64,000 nucleotides of DNA from an uncultured Rhodothermales bacterium (GTDB lineage: Bacteria; Bacteroidota; Rhodothermia; Rhodothermales; JANQRZ01): NCBI GenBank assembly GCA_964438105.1, contig CAYTJT010000001.1:1236-65235 (forward strand), given 5' to 3'. Of this stretch, positions 9,368-17,893 are shown piece after piece. A program made the position numbers and the translations under genes. Each line of letters starts with the position of its first letter. Position 1 is the first letter of the stretch. A model generated the notes under the pieces. The model worked only from the letters and a program-made list of their open reading frames with translations. It was not told where the DNA came from and did no database searches.

Positions 9368-9544
9368 ATGAAACCGTTCTTAACATCACTTTTATTCACT
9401 ATAATTTTTTCTACACTTACACTTTACTATAATGATTTTGACATAAGCAGCACATGGCTTTTCAAATCTCTTGTTTCCGGTTTTGTCTTCTATCTACTGA
9501 TGCTTGCTCTTAACAAGACGGGAAGAGGCCAGGCAAAGAGCTGA
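9368..9544 (+). CDS. 58-aa small membrane protein (below ORF-track cutoff)
   Basis: Own translation: MKPFLTSLLFTIIFSTLTLYYNDFDISSTWLFKSLVSGFVFYLLMLALNKTGRGQAKS. Two hydrophobic segments. AT-rich like the adjacent lipoprotein gene. Confidence 0.45.
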   Translation: MKPFLTSLLFTIIFSTLTLYYNDFDISSTWLFKSLVSGFVFYLLMLALNKTGRGQAKS

Positions 9545-9573
9545 CCACTTAGCCATGCAGATGCGTACGATTT

Positions 9574-10365
9574 CTATTTGCCTTCGCGGAGCGCCAGGTA
9601 GTTGACCGCTTTGGCAGCCGTCCAGCCTCGACGCTGCATCAGCCTCTCGACGCGCTCGGCCTCGAAGAACTGCGTGCGCACGCCGACTTCGCTGTGCGAG
9701 TACATGACGTACTCGGACGCCTCGGGGGCGAGGTCGCCCATGTAGGACGTCATTTTGTGCGCGACGGAATCGAGCAGGCCGGGGGGAAACTTACCTCGGG
9801 CGAACACGCGACCCTCGCGGGCGGGGTCGAGCTGCGGCACGGCGCGCACACCCGGCGGCGCGTCGGTCTCCTGGTGCCGGGGCTGATCCGTTAAGGCGCG
9901 CGGTTTCGCGTTCGCGGGTTTGGGCGCTGACTCGGCACGCCGCCACTCGCCCGACTCGAAGTACTCGTCGATGAGCGGCTTGCACGATCCCCAGCCCGCC
10001 GGCCCGGGCCGCTCGGTCAGTGCCTCGGCGAGAGCGTCGCAGTAGCGGTAGCGGATCGCAAAACCCCAGACGCCCATGTCGCCGTCGGCCTGTAACGGTT
10101 CGAGCGTGAGGCCGAAGCGCGGCGCGAGCTGGTCGAAGCGCGAGCGGAAGGCGTTAAAGTCGTCGAGGTCGCGGTCGTCGGTGATGCGCACCGGAATGGC
10201 GATCGTCAGCTTATCGTCCGGCAGAGGCGTTCCGTCAGCGCGCATGACGGCGTCGTCGCTGGGCAGCACCATCCCGGTGCCCGCCTCGTCGCCAGTCGAG
10301 ACGTAGTGGTTGATGGCGAGGAAAAGCCGGTTTAGCGGCGACTCCTGCATGAAGGTAAGTGGCAT
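9574..10365 (-). CDS. hypothetical protein
   Basis: 263-aa ORF with ordinary composition. No family recognised. Confidence 0.55.
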   Translation of the reverse strand: MPLTFMQESPLNRLFLAINHYVSTGDEAGTGMVLPSDDAVMRADGTPLPDDKLTIAIPVRITDDRDLDDFNAFRSRFDQLAPRFGLTLEPLQADGDMGVWGFAIRYRYCDALAEALTERPGPAGWGSCKPLIDEYFESGEWRRAESAPKPANAKPRALTDQPRHQETDAPPGVRAVPQLDPAREGRVFARGKFPPGLLDSVAHKMTSYMGDLAPEASEYVMYSHSEVGVRTQFFEAERVERLMQRRGWTAAKAVNYLALREGK

Positions 10366-10431
10366 TACAATAACGGATTTATTCCGATTGATAGCAGAGC
10401 CAACAACAGACGGCTATGCGACTGCGCTCGT

Positions 10432-10638
10432 CTACTCGGGCCGCCAGTCGTGCGTATGGGCGATGAGATCGAGCAGCCGTTGCATCGTGGGCGTGACGGC
10501 GTGTACCTCGCGTTCGAGATTGGAAACGCCGCTCGGCGAAGACAGGCCGATGCGCTCGGCGAACTCGGTCTGATTCTCCCGCAGGTGCTTGCGGAGCGCT
10601 CGTACAGTGACGCCGGTCCAGTCGATGTTGGTACTCAT
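10432..10638 (-). CDS. XRE-family helix-turn-helix transcriptional regulator
   Basis: 68 aa. VRALRKHLRENQTEFAERIGLSSPSGVSNLERE is a typical HTH_XRE pattern. Confidence 0.75.
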   Translation of the reverse strand: MSTNIDWTGVTVRALRKHLRENQTEFAERIGLSSPSGVSNLEREVHAVTPTMQRLLDLIAHTHDWRPE

Positions 10639-10754
10639 GCTACGTGTGGTGTTTGGGTCGTGTCGGTCACGTCGGGGCTACGCGCAATGTTGCTCTCACC
10701 GCACATTAAAATAATCTGGCATGACAGACGCCGTGTCCGATGTGGTCACTGGCG

Positions 10755-11690
10755 TCAAGGCGGACGGCCGGTGAGCTGGTCGTCGGAGAGCTGCGCGAAC
10801 AGGCCGACGCGCATATCTGCGGCCGTAGCCGTGGCGCGTCGTCCGGCATTGAGCGCGCACCGCTTGGACGCGAAGGGACCGAGGATCGAGGGTTGTTCGG
10901 CGCGCGTGCGGAGCATCCGCCCACGGCTGGCGGTGAAGCGTTCGCCGTCGTCCTGCCCGTCGAGATCGACCCACCATGAGCGCCGATCACCGACCCAGGG
11001 CGAGACGGCAGGCGGAGGCAGGTGGTACGGTTCGCCGTCGAGAAGCCGCTGTGCTCCTCCCCTCGCCTCCCGAAACTGGGCGAGCGAGCGCGTGACGCGC
11101 AGCGGGCGGGCGTACGCGTCGCCCTGGCGCTCGCGGTCGCGCAGGTCTTTGGCGAGCCGGGCCGATGAACTGATGAGGTTCGTAGTCGCCTTGACGTAGT
11201 GCGCCGGCGGTTGGTGGCCGTCGGGCGCAGGCGTCGAGAGGCCGACGTCGTCCGGGTGATACCCCCAGGCTGCGAGCTGGGCTAACAGACGCGGCACGAG
11301 GTCGAGCACCTGGTCGATGTAGCGCCCGCTCTCGTGGCGTTCGAGCGCGCCGATGAGGTCCAGTCCTTTCCGCTTGAAGCTGGCGCGCAAGTCGCCGTCG
11401 AGGTGGACGCGCGTGTACGGTTGCGGCTTGATGGGTGAGCGCTGGTCCGGTGCGGCGCTGCGGCGCTCGTGACGCGTGACGATCTCTTGCAGAAACGACA
11501 GGTCGTTCCGCGTTGCGGACCTTCGGCTGTGGTGGCCGTCGCGCTCGACGGCGAGGCAGACGACGCGGGCCATATCGGGCCGTACGGCGTCGAGACGGCG
11601 AACGAGAGGTTGGTACCGTTCGGGCAAACGGGTGATCTGATCGGCGCGGCTCTGCTCGGTGGCGGTGGTCTGGGTGGCGGGGCCGGTCAT
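10755..11690 (-). CDS. hypothetical protein
   Basis: Track ORF 10755..11768 trimmed to MTGPATQ (ATG 11690), which overlaps the stop of the upstream gene (ATGA). Confidence 0.5.
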   Translation of the reverse strand: MTGPATQTTATEQSRADQITRLPERYQPLVRRLDAVRPDMARVVCLAVERDGHHSRRSATRNDLSFLQEIVTRHERRSAAPDQRSPIKPQPYTRVHLDGDLRASFKRKGLDLIGALERHESGRYIDQVLDLVPRLLAQLAAWGYHPDDVGLSTPAPDGHQPPAHYVKATTNLISSSARLAKDLRDRERQGDAYARPLRVTRSLAQFREARGGAQRLLDGEPYHLPPPAVSPWVGDRRSWWVDLDGQDDGERFTASRGRMLRTRAEQPSILGPFASKRCALNAGRRATATAADMRVGLFAQLSDDQLTGRPP

Positions 11691-11965
11691 GACGCGCGGA
11701 GGGACCGGGCCTTCTCGACGATCTGCTCGACGGTGTCCGTCTCGTACGACGGCGCAACGCCGGTCCATAGCGCGTTTCCGTCGAGGTCGCGGGCGGTGAC
11801 GGTGACGAGTTCGGGCGTCTCGGGCGGTCGGTGCTCTGAGAGCGTCAGCACGTGCTCGATGCCGCCCGCCGGGTGCGACGGTTCGCGGTAGTCGTGCCGA
11901 ACGGCACGGCGGACGTGAGCGAGGGTGAGCGAGCCGACAACGTGGAGGTAGAGGGCGTCATTCAT
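11687..11965 (-). CDS. hypothetical protein
   Basis: 92-aa ORF. Its start overlaps the 3' end of the upstream gene by 8 nt. Confidence 0.5.
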   Translation of the reverse strand: MNDALYLHVVGSLTLAHVRRAVRHDYREPSHPAGGIEHVLTLSEHRPPETPELVTVTARDLDGNALWTGVAPSYETDTVEQIVEKARSLRAS

Positions 11966-12425
11966 CGTGGGCGGGGTTGCGCTTCGCGAACCTTCGGTTG
12001 AGGCAGTCGGTGAGTTCGGCGATGGTGTAGACCTGGGGGCGGAGGTCGTGCATGTGGTCGAGGAAGCCGTGTTTTTCGGCGAGGCGGACGCAGAGGCGGG
12101 CGCGGGCGCGGTCGTAGGCGAAGCAGCCGAGCGCGTCGGCCATCTCGGCGGGCAGGATGCGGTCGAGCACGTCGCACGCCTGGGAGAACGTGAGCGGCTG
12201 GCGGCGCTGGCGGCGGTCGATCCGATGCAGCCATACGAGCGAGTCGCGCACGTCGGAGCCGATGCGCTGGCCGTCCGAGGCGGAGATGGTGAGCCGTGGC
12301 CGCGCGCCTGGTGTGCGGGTGATGATGCAGCCTGCGGCCGTCAGGCGGTGCTCGATGGGGCGCGGATCGGTGCCGGCTGGCGCCGTCGTGCAGCGCGGGC
12401 GCTGGGGCGAGGGTAGGCGGATCAC
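11958..12425 (-). CDS. hypothetical protein ending in NRRFAKRN repeat unit
   Basis: 155-aa ORF. The C-terminus ...CLNRRFAKRNPAHDE is encoded by the 26-nt repeat at 11976-12001. Confidence 0.5.
   Translation of the reverse strand: MIRLPSPQRPRCTTAPAGTDPRPIEHRLTAAGCIITRTPGARPRLTISASDGQRIGSDVRDSLVWLHRIDRRQRRQPLTFSQACDVLDRILPAEMADALGCFAYDRARARLCVRLAEKHGFLDHMHDLRPQVYTIAELTDCLNRRFAKRNPAHDE
11976..12001. repeat. 26-nt GTTGCGCTTCGCGRACCTNCGGTTG repeat (copy outside the nuclease gene)
   Basis: gttgcgcttcgcgaaccttcggttga. Near-identical to the copies at 28270, 28369 and 28657. Confidence 0.7.
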
Positions 12426-12964
12426 GAGACGCGGAGGTGATAGCCTGCCTCGCCGAAACCGGCGACGGCGAGCGCTTCGGAGTCGTCGGCTTTGAGCGCG
12501 TCGGAGAGTTCGCGCCGGTCGACGCGGACGGATCGACGCAAAAACCGCTCGGGTAGCGCGTCCTCCTTGACGTGCAGCTCGACCGGGCGCGCGCTGTTGC
12601 GGCGTACGCTGACGGTGCCGAGCGGCGTGTCGATGCGCTTCTCGTCGCGGGCGAGCATGGCGGCGAGCATTCGCGCCTCGATGCGTTCGGCGGAGCGCTC
12701 GTAGCGCTTGGCGTGGTCTGCGATGCGGTCGGCTTCAGCCTTGGCACCTTCGGCGCTGGTGCGCAGGCGTCGGATGACGGCAACGTATCCGCCCGCCTTA
12801 TCGGCGCGCATGGTGAGCAGGTCGGCGTACTCCGCTTCCATCTCCTCGGTGATCTCTCCGCCGCCGTCGATCATGTCGCGTTCGAGGCTGGCTAGGCGCT
12901 CGTCGATGGCGTGGAGGGCGAGGGGGGCGGGCGCTGGGCCGTGGTCGGTTTTCTTCTTGGGCAT
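12422..12964 (-). CDS. Siphovirus Gp157-like protein
   Basis: 180 aa. N-terminal coiled coil, then TPLGTVSVRRNSARPVELHVKEDALPERFL, which resembles Gp157-family phage proteins. Confidence 0.55.
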   Translation of the reverse strand: MPKKKTDHGPAPAPLALHAIDERLASLERDMIDGGGEITEEMEAEYADLLTMRADKAGGYVAVIRRLRTSAEGAKAEADRIADHAKRYERSAERIEARMLAAMLARDEKRIDTPLGTVSVRRNSARPVELHVKEDALPERFLRRSVRVDRRELSDALKADDSEALAVAGFGEAGYHLRVS

Positions 12965-12971
12965 GGTTATG

Positions 12972-12993
12972 GGCGCTAGTTGAGCGGTTGGTG
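12972..12993 (-). promoter_or_regulatory. conserved CTAG-containing upstream motif (minus strand CACCAACCGCTCAACTAGCGCC)
   Basis: ggcgctagttgagcggttggtg lies 7 nt from ATG 12964. Related copies at 15542-15559 and 33960-33978. Confidence 0.45.
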
Positions 12994-13010
12994 AGAGCTG
13001 GGCCGGGTGG

Positions 13011-13211
13011 TCAGTCCGGGCGCAAGTCTTGCACGTGGGTGACGTCGATGCGCCGGGCGTGGCGCTCGCCCACGAGGACGACGTGAGCCGTACCGTTGGG
13101 CCAGAGCTGCGGGCAGTCGGACGAGACGCCCGAGACGTAGGCGCGGACGGCGTTTCCGTTGAGGGTGAAGCGGACGAGCGAGCCGGTGAGGTCGAGGAAG
13201 CGGTCGAGCAT
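13011..13211 (-). CDS. hypothetical small protein (66 aa)
   Basis: C-terminal part of track ORF 13011..13751, from MLDRFLDLTGSLVRFTLNGNAVRAY... The upstream part of that ORF is low-complexity shadow. Confidence 0.3.
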   Translation of the reverse strand: MLDRFLDLTGSLVRFTLNGNAVRAYVSGVSSDCPQLWPNGTAHVVLVGERHARRIDVTHVQDLRPD

Positions 13212-13320
13212 GGGAGCGGCGGCGAGAAGAGCAGAGAGGTCCGGCAGTGCCCCGACCCTGAGCGCGCGGAAGCGTGCGACGGGCCGGGGCGAAGCGGGCG
13301 CGGAGACGGGCGCTGGGCGG

Positions 13321-13677
13321 CTAGTATTCGCTGGGCAAAAGCAGCGTCGTCGCGTGGCGCTTGCCGTCGTCGTCCTCAGCATCGGTGATGACCCAGACCG
13401 TACCGGCTTCGAGCTTGTAGACCGAGAGCAGCCGGGAGCCGTCGTAGGTGGCGCGTTCGTTGGCGCCGTGGTCCTCGGGGCTGATGTCGCCCCAGTCGCC
13501 TCGGTGGTGGCGCATGACGAGCTGGACGGGGCCGGTACCCGAGAGGATGAGCGTATCCATTGCGCCGGGCGTGGCGACAAGCTGACCCGTACGGAAAGGC
13601 TTGAAGGGCTGGCCGGTGGTGGGGCTGATGGGGTCGGGCGCGTCGAGGATGACGATGGTTTCGTGCCGAGTGGACAT
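13321..13677 (-). CDS. conserved plasmid/ICE-associated small protein (HxxGDWG ... LLPxEY family)
   Basis: 118 aa. MRHHRGDWGDISPEDHGANERA..GSRLLSVY...VWVITDAEDD..TTLLLPSEY matches a widespread plasmid-related family that I recognise by pattern only. Confidence 0.6.
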   Translation of the reverse strand: MSTRHETIVILDAPDPISPTTGQPFKPFRTGQLVATPGAMDTLILSGTGPVQLVMRHHRGDWGDISPEDHGANERATYDGSRLLSVYKLEAGTVWVITDAEDDDGKRHATTLLLPSEY

Positions 13678-13725
13678 GATCGGAGGGAGTTGAGCGGGTT
13701 GGAGAGGCGGCGGCGTGCGAGCTGG

Positions 13726-14382
13726 TCAGGCGCGCATCTGCTGGACGGCATCGAGCGCGGCGCGCGCTTCCTCGACGGTGAGGCGTTCGAGCGAGAGGCG
13801 CAGCGTGAGGCCGCCGCAGTGGTAGAAGCGGGCTTCGGCGTAGAGGTCGGAGTGACCGGCGTAGCTGCCGAGCCGGGCCGTTTCGGGCACTTCGTTGGGG
13901 CGGCGATTGAACGAGTAGGGCGGGCACATCCCGAGCCGGTCGATGGCGGCGAGCGTTTCGCGGTGTTCGCGGTCCTGCTCTGCTGCGCTGCTGGTGACGT
14001 GTTCGGCGCGCTGGGCGTAGCGCTGGGGCCAGTCCGAGAGGCGGCGGGCCAGGTCTGCGGCGGCGCGCTGAGGGTCCCGCAACAGGCTCACGCCTGCTTC
14101 GCTAAACGTGCCCAGCGGCTCGGGCCAGTAGACGCGACCGTGACGGGGCGAGCCGTCCGGGTGCGGCGGAACGGGCGGGCGCGCTTCGCTGAGCACGAAC
14201 CGGCGTCCCGAGCTGCCGCGCTCGGTCTTGGCGTTGACGGTGAAGTCATCCGAGCCGGTGAGGACGAGCGGCGCGAAGTGGCGGGCCGTGCGTGAGACGG
14301 TGAGGCCGAGACGGTCGGCGAGGTGCCCGGCGATGGTGAGGGCGGCGGGGTCGATGGCGAGCGGTGCGGTTTGGGCGTGCAT
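13726..14382 (-). CDS. hypothetical protein
   Basis: Track ORF 13726..15033 trimmed to MHAQTAPLAIDPAAL (ATG 14382). The upstream part is Arg/Pro/Ala-rich shadow. Confidence 0.5.
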   Translation of the reverse strand: MHAQTAPLAIDPAALTIAGHLADRLGLTVSRTARHFAPLVLTGSDDFTVNAKTERGSSGRRFVLSEARPPVPPHPDGSPRHGRVYWPEPLGTFSEAGVSLLRDPQRAAADLARRLSDWPQRYAQRAEHVTSSAAEQDREHRETLAAIDRLGMCPPYSFNRRPNEVPETARLGSYAGHSDLYAEARFYHCGGLTLRLSLERLTVEEARAALDAVQQMRA

Positions 14383-14416
14383 GGTGAGGCGGGGCGCGTG
14401 AGCGAGTGGTGACGGG

Positions 14417-14785
14417 TTAGGCGAGCGGCAGCGGCGCCGGGCGGATGCTGGCGAGCGTGTCGAGGTTGAGCGAGCGCGTTTCGTAGCCGCCCCACGGCGC
14501 CGGGCGTTCGAGGTCGAAGACGCGAACGGTGCCGCCGCTGGGGGCGTCTCCGTCGTAGCGCAGGCGCATCCGGCGGACGCTGCCGTCCGCTTTGACGAAG
14601 CGGGCGAGCAGGACGCGGCCCCGGTGGCGGGCGAGGTAGGCGAGGGCGCGGGCGGAGCGGTGGACGCAGCGCAGCGCGTAGGCGAGCGCGGCGGCGTAGC
14701 TGTCGAAGTGCGGGCGCATCCGGCGGGCGGCCCGGTGGGCGCGGCGCATGATGACGGCGAGACGGGAGCGGCGAGCCTGAGGCAT
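14417..14785 (-). CDS. hypothetical protein, possible SH3-like beta-barrel (DUF2693-like)
   Basis: Trimmed to MPQARRSRLAV (ATG 14785). LLARFVKADGSVRRMRLRY resembles phage SH3-barrel proteins. Confidence 0.4.
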   Translation of the reverse strand: MPQARRSRLAVIMRRAHRAARRMRPHFDSYAAALAYALRCVHRSARALAYLARHRGRVLLARFVKADGSVRRMRLRYDGDAPSGGTVRVFDLERPAPWGGYETRSLNLDTLASIRPAPLPLA

Positions 14786-14843
14786 GACGGCTGAGGGAAG
14801 CGACCCGCCCGGCGCAGCGTGGCCGGGCGGGACGGGTGACGGC

Positions 14844-15539
14844 TTAGGCGGCGAGGCGCAGCGAGGACGGACGGACGACGGCAGAGCGGCGCGGCAGCGT
14901 GACAATGCGGGGCGGCTGGCGGCGCGACCGGCGATAGGCGGCGCGTGCGTGGAGCCGGGCGACGATTTCCGAATGCACCGCCGCTTCTCTGCCGGGCGTG
15001 ATGGTGAGCACGCACGAAGCGAGTTCGTTGCACAGCTCCCAGAGGCGGGTTTCCTTGGGGCTGACGTATTCGACGGTGCCGTCATAGCCGCCGCCGTCGA
15101 TGGTGAGTTCAAAGCCGCCGCAACCGAGGCATTCCACGCCGAGCGAGACGACCGGCCCGATGGGCGGCGCGGGCTGACTGGTGCCGTACGTGCTGGCCGG
15201 TTCGCTGACGACCGGAGAAGCTGGCGGCGCGGGGGTGAGGTGAGCCGCCCGAGCGGGGCCGGGGCTGACCGCTTTACCCAGCTTGACGGCTACCGACTGC
15301 GCGCGTTGCCCGGCGATGGCCCACGCCGCCGAGCGACTACCCGCCGAGATGCCTACTTCCTGAATGCGCGCGAGCGGCTGACCGACCGGCGCAGCCGAGA
15401 GCGTGACGACCCAGCGGCCCGGCTCGTGTTTGTGCGGGCGCACACGTTCGACTGCGCAGACGATGCCGCGCGACTGGTAGGCGGGGGTACCCGCCGAGGT
15501 GAGCTGTGAGACGTTGGCGAGGGGGGCGGGCATGGGCAC
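14844..15539 (-). CDS. hypothetical protein (first gene of a minus-strand operon)
   Basis: 231-aa ORF. Start is GTG 15539 or ATG 15533. Preceded by an AT-rich region and the CTAG motif. Confidence 0.5.
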   Translation of the reverse strand: MPMPAPLANVSQLTSAGTPAYQSRGIVCAVERVRPHKHEPGRWVVTLSAAPVGQPLARIQEVGISAGSRSAAWAIAGQRAQSVAVKLGKAVSPGPARAAHLTPAPPASPVVSEPASTYGTSQPAPPIGPVVSLGVECLGCGGFELTIDGGGYDGTVEYVSPKETRLWELCNELASCVLTITPGREAAVHSEIVARLHARAAYRRSRRQPPRIVTLPRRSAVVRPSSLRLAA

Positions 15540-15541
15540 GG

Positions 15542-15559
15542 GGCGCTAGTTGGTTGGTG
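15542..15559 (-). promoter_or_regulatory. conserved CTAG-containing upstream motif, copy 2
   Basis: ggcgctagttggttggtg lies 8 nt from ATG 15533. Confidence 0.45.
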
Positions 15560-15739
15560 CCTTTTGTATGATGTTACAGCATAAATAGTTTCATGTCACC
15601 TTATATAAATGTATGGTTACCGCATTTTTGTGAACTCGGTGCCCGTCGCCGATTCACGCGCGGAGTACCGCACTCCGGGAACCGCGACCCACCCCGCCGC
15701 CCCCCGGCGCGTAGTAGCCCATCGGTGCGTGGGGGCGGA

Positions 15740-15779
15740 GCGCAAGGGCGGGCGAAGCCCGCTTGCGAAGCCCTTGCGC
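15740..15779. repeat. nested palindrome GCGCAAGGGC-N20-GCCCTTGCGC with inner gggc-gaa-gccc hairpin
   Basis: Read directly. 10-bp perfect outer arms. Inner direct repeat gcgaagccc appears twice. Confidence 0.6.
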
Positions 15780-16937
15780 GCAGCGGCGTCGGCCCACCTT
15801 TGCAGGTGTGCCGGGGGGCGCTAGCTACCGCCGGGCGTAGCCCGCCCTTAGACCAGCGAGCTTGCGAGACACAGCCACCGGCGCATTCCGTCTGCTGCGC
15901 GCAGCGGGCATTGGGGCGTTTGTGTCGCCGAGTTGGTCGATGGCGAGGTTTGCGCTCGATCTAGCGGAGCCGGAGCAATCCGAAGCAGAGCGGCGGAGTG
16001 GGCGCGGCGCGACCGAACGGGAGGGACGCGAGCGGGACAGAGCGGCGCGGAGGTGAGTGCAGGCGCAGCGGGATGGGGCGCTGACCGAGCGGGCCGCGAT
16101 CGTCGAACCGCAGCGGCGACGTGCCGAGCGAGCACGGCGCAGCCGCGCGCAGACGGTACGTGGCTGCCCCTGGATGACTGATCTGTCGCTGGTGCCGCTA
16201 GCAGGTGCGGGGCCGTGCTGCCGAGTCGCCGGCGCGAACGTGTGAGCAGGCGGCGGCGAGGCGAAGCGGCGGCGCAGCGTGCGCACGTCTGTCCGGATCG
16301 CAGCGGCGGGCAGGACCGCGGAGCGGGCGTGACGGCTGCCTCTGGACGATGGGTCGGCCTGGGCGAGTCAACAGGCGCGATGCTGCGCTGCCGAGCCGAA
16401 CCGAGGCGCACGGGAGCAAGCGACCCCTGGGGAGCGCGTGAGCGGGCGACGACGGCGAGGAGAGGCGACGCGGCTGCGCGGCGTGCTGCCGGACGTCGGG
16501 GTTGAAGCGGCTGACGCGGACGCGTTACTGCGTGACCTTCGGTTGCGACGGAGGGCACACGAAGCCCGTGGAGCGACGTAAGAGCGGAGCGGGCGTAGGG
16601 TGCTCCGTAGGAGCGAAGAGGCCGTGACGGGCGCCCTGCGGCGTGGGGGCGGCTTGCGGCGCGTCCCCGGAGAGGCAGGCCGCACGCGGCGAGCACGCGG
16701 ACTGGTGACGCGAGCTGCGGGCGGCGGGCCGAACCGGCTACCGACCCCTCCCCTGCTCTACCGGCTGGGTGCTCGTTCTCCCCTCCCTGAGAGCGGGGGC
16801 GAGGCCGCCGGCGCGGCAGGGAGGGGTAGCCCCGAACGTCCGGTGGTCACCGAATGTGCGCGGGGGTGGGTGTGCCGGGGCGGGGGAGGCTGTGGCGGAC
16901 CGCAGGTACGCAAGAGTCAGCTTGCTGTTTTGCTTAC

Positions 16938-16953
16938 TTGCTGCTTTGCTGCC
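16938..16953. repeat. half-site TTGCTGCTTTGCTGCC of the dispersed par-region inverted repeat
   Basis: Directly abuts the stop of the RHH gene. Preceded by the degenerate copy cttgctgttttgc. Confidence 0.5.
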
Positions 16954-17202
16954 TTATGCGATTTGAGGTAGACCATGCTTCTCGAAAAGCAGGTTCAGGC
17001 CTTCGGCCATGAGGTCCTGCAAGCTGGTGTCGGTGTCGACTTTGAGCTGTTTGAGCTGCCGAGACGCCTCGACGGGGACGCGAACGACCATGCGTTTGAG
17101 TTGGGGGTCGCTGGCTTTGGACGTGTCGGGCTTGGGGGCCGACGCTTTGGGGACACCCGGTTTGGTGACGGCGAAGTCGCTGAGGGCAGAGGGCTTGGGC
17201 AT
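16954..17202 (-). CDS. ribbon-helix-helix (ParG/CopG-like) partition/centromere-binding protein
   Basis: 82 aa, 6 nt downstream of parA. RMVVRVPVEASRQLKQLKVDTDTSLQDLMAEGLNLLFEKHG has a strand-helix-helix pattern. Confidence 0.6.
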   Translation of the reverse strand: MPKPSALSDFAVTKPGVPKASAPKPDTSKASDPQLKRMVVRVPVEASRQLKQLKVDTDTSLQDLMAEGLNLLFEKHGLPQIA

Positions 17203-17208
17203 ATCGGG

Positions 17209-17832
17209 TCAGGAGGAGAGGTGGGAGGCGATCCAGCGCCAGGAGTCGGAGATTTCTTGGGCAGCCTTGCTGTTGGGACGCAGCTCGGCGACGGCGCGAC
17301 CGTCGATGAAGGCGTCTTCGAGCGCAGCGCGGCGCATCACCACGGTGGGGCAGATGGGCAGCTCGTAACCGGCGAGTGCTTGTGCGGCCTGGCCGTTGAT
17401 CGAGCTGCTGTGGCGGCCCCGGTTGAGAACGACGACGCCCGAGGCACCGACGGCGTCGAGAATGGCGACGGTTTCACCGATGGCCTCGATGTCGAGCACG
17501 GACGAGCCGCACGGTACGACGCACAGGTCGGCCAGGCGGGCGGCGTGTGCCGCCGAGGCTTCGGCGTGCGGCGGCGTGTCGACGAACACCAGGTCGACGC
17601 CGTCGGCCCGGCACGCCTCGACGGCGCGGGGGAGCGCATCCGGCTGCGCGGCCAGCATCAACGGATCGTCGGCTTGGCGGCGCGTCGACCATTTGGACGC
17701 GGACCCTTGCGGGTCGGTGTCGATGACGACGACGCGGCCCGCCCCGGAGCGCTGCGCTTCGATGGCATAGTGGAGCGTGAGCGTGGTTTTGCCCACGCCG
17801 CCTTTCTGAGCCAATAGGGTGACGACCTTCAT
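17209..17832 (-). CDS. parA: ParA partition ATPase (small, type Ib)
   Basis: From ATG 17832: MKVVTLLAQKGGVGKTTLTLHYA (deviant Walker A), VVVIDTDPQGS. About 207 aa. Confidence 0.9.
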   Translation of the reverse strand: MKVVTLLAQKGGVGKTTLTLHYAIEAQRSGAGRVVVIDTDPQGSASKWSTRRQADDPLMLAAQPDALPRAVEACRADGVDLVFVDTPPHAEASAAHAARLADLCVVPCGSSVLDIEAIGETVAILDAVGASGVVVLNRGRHSSSINGQAAQALAGYELPICPTVVMRRAALEDAFIDGRAVAELRPNSKAAQEISDSWRWIASHLSS

Positions 17833-17833
17833 A

Positions 17834-17883
17834 CAGCTTGCTTCTTTTATAAAAGGCAGCAAAGCAGCATGGTGCTTTGCTGC
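17834..17883. promoter_or_regulatory. composite inverted repeat upstream of parA (operator / parC-like centromere candidate)
   Basis: agcttgcttc-ttttataaaagg-cagcaaagcagca, plus palindrome gcagcaaagca-gcatgg-tgctttgctgc at 17856-17883. Ends 2 nt from the parA ATG. Confidence 0.6.
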
Positions 17884-17893
17884 ACAGCCCGTT

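Noticed and set aside
15848-16696. 282-aa minus-strand ORF and several 60-120-aa ORFs in the 15.6-16.95 kb region
   Set aside because: Pro/Arg/Ala/Ser-rich, mutually overlapping in several frames, with no start context or motifs. The region is treated as non-coding (see finding).
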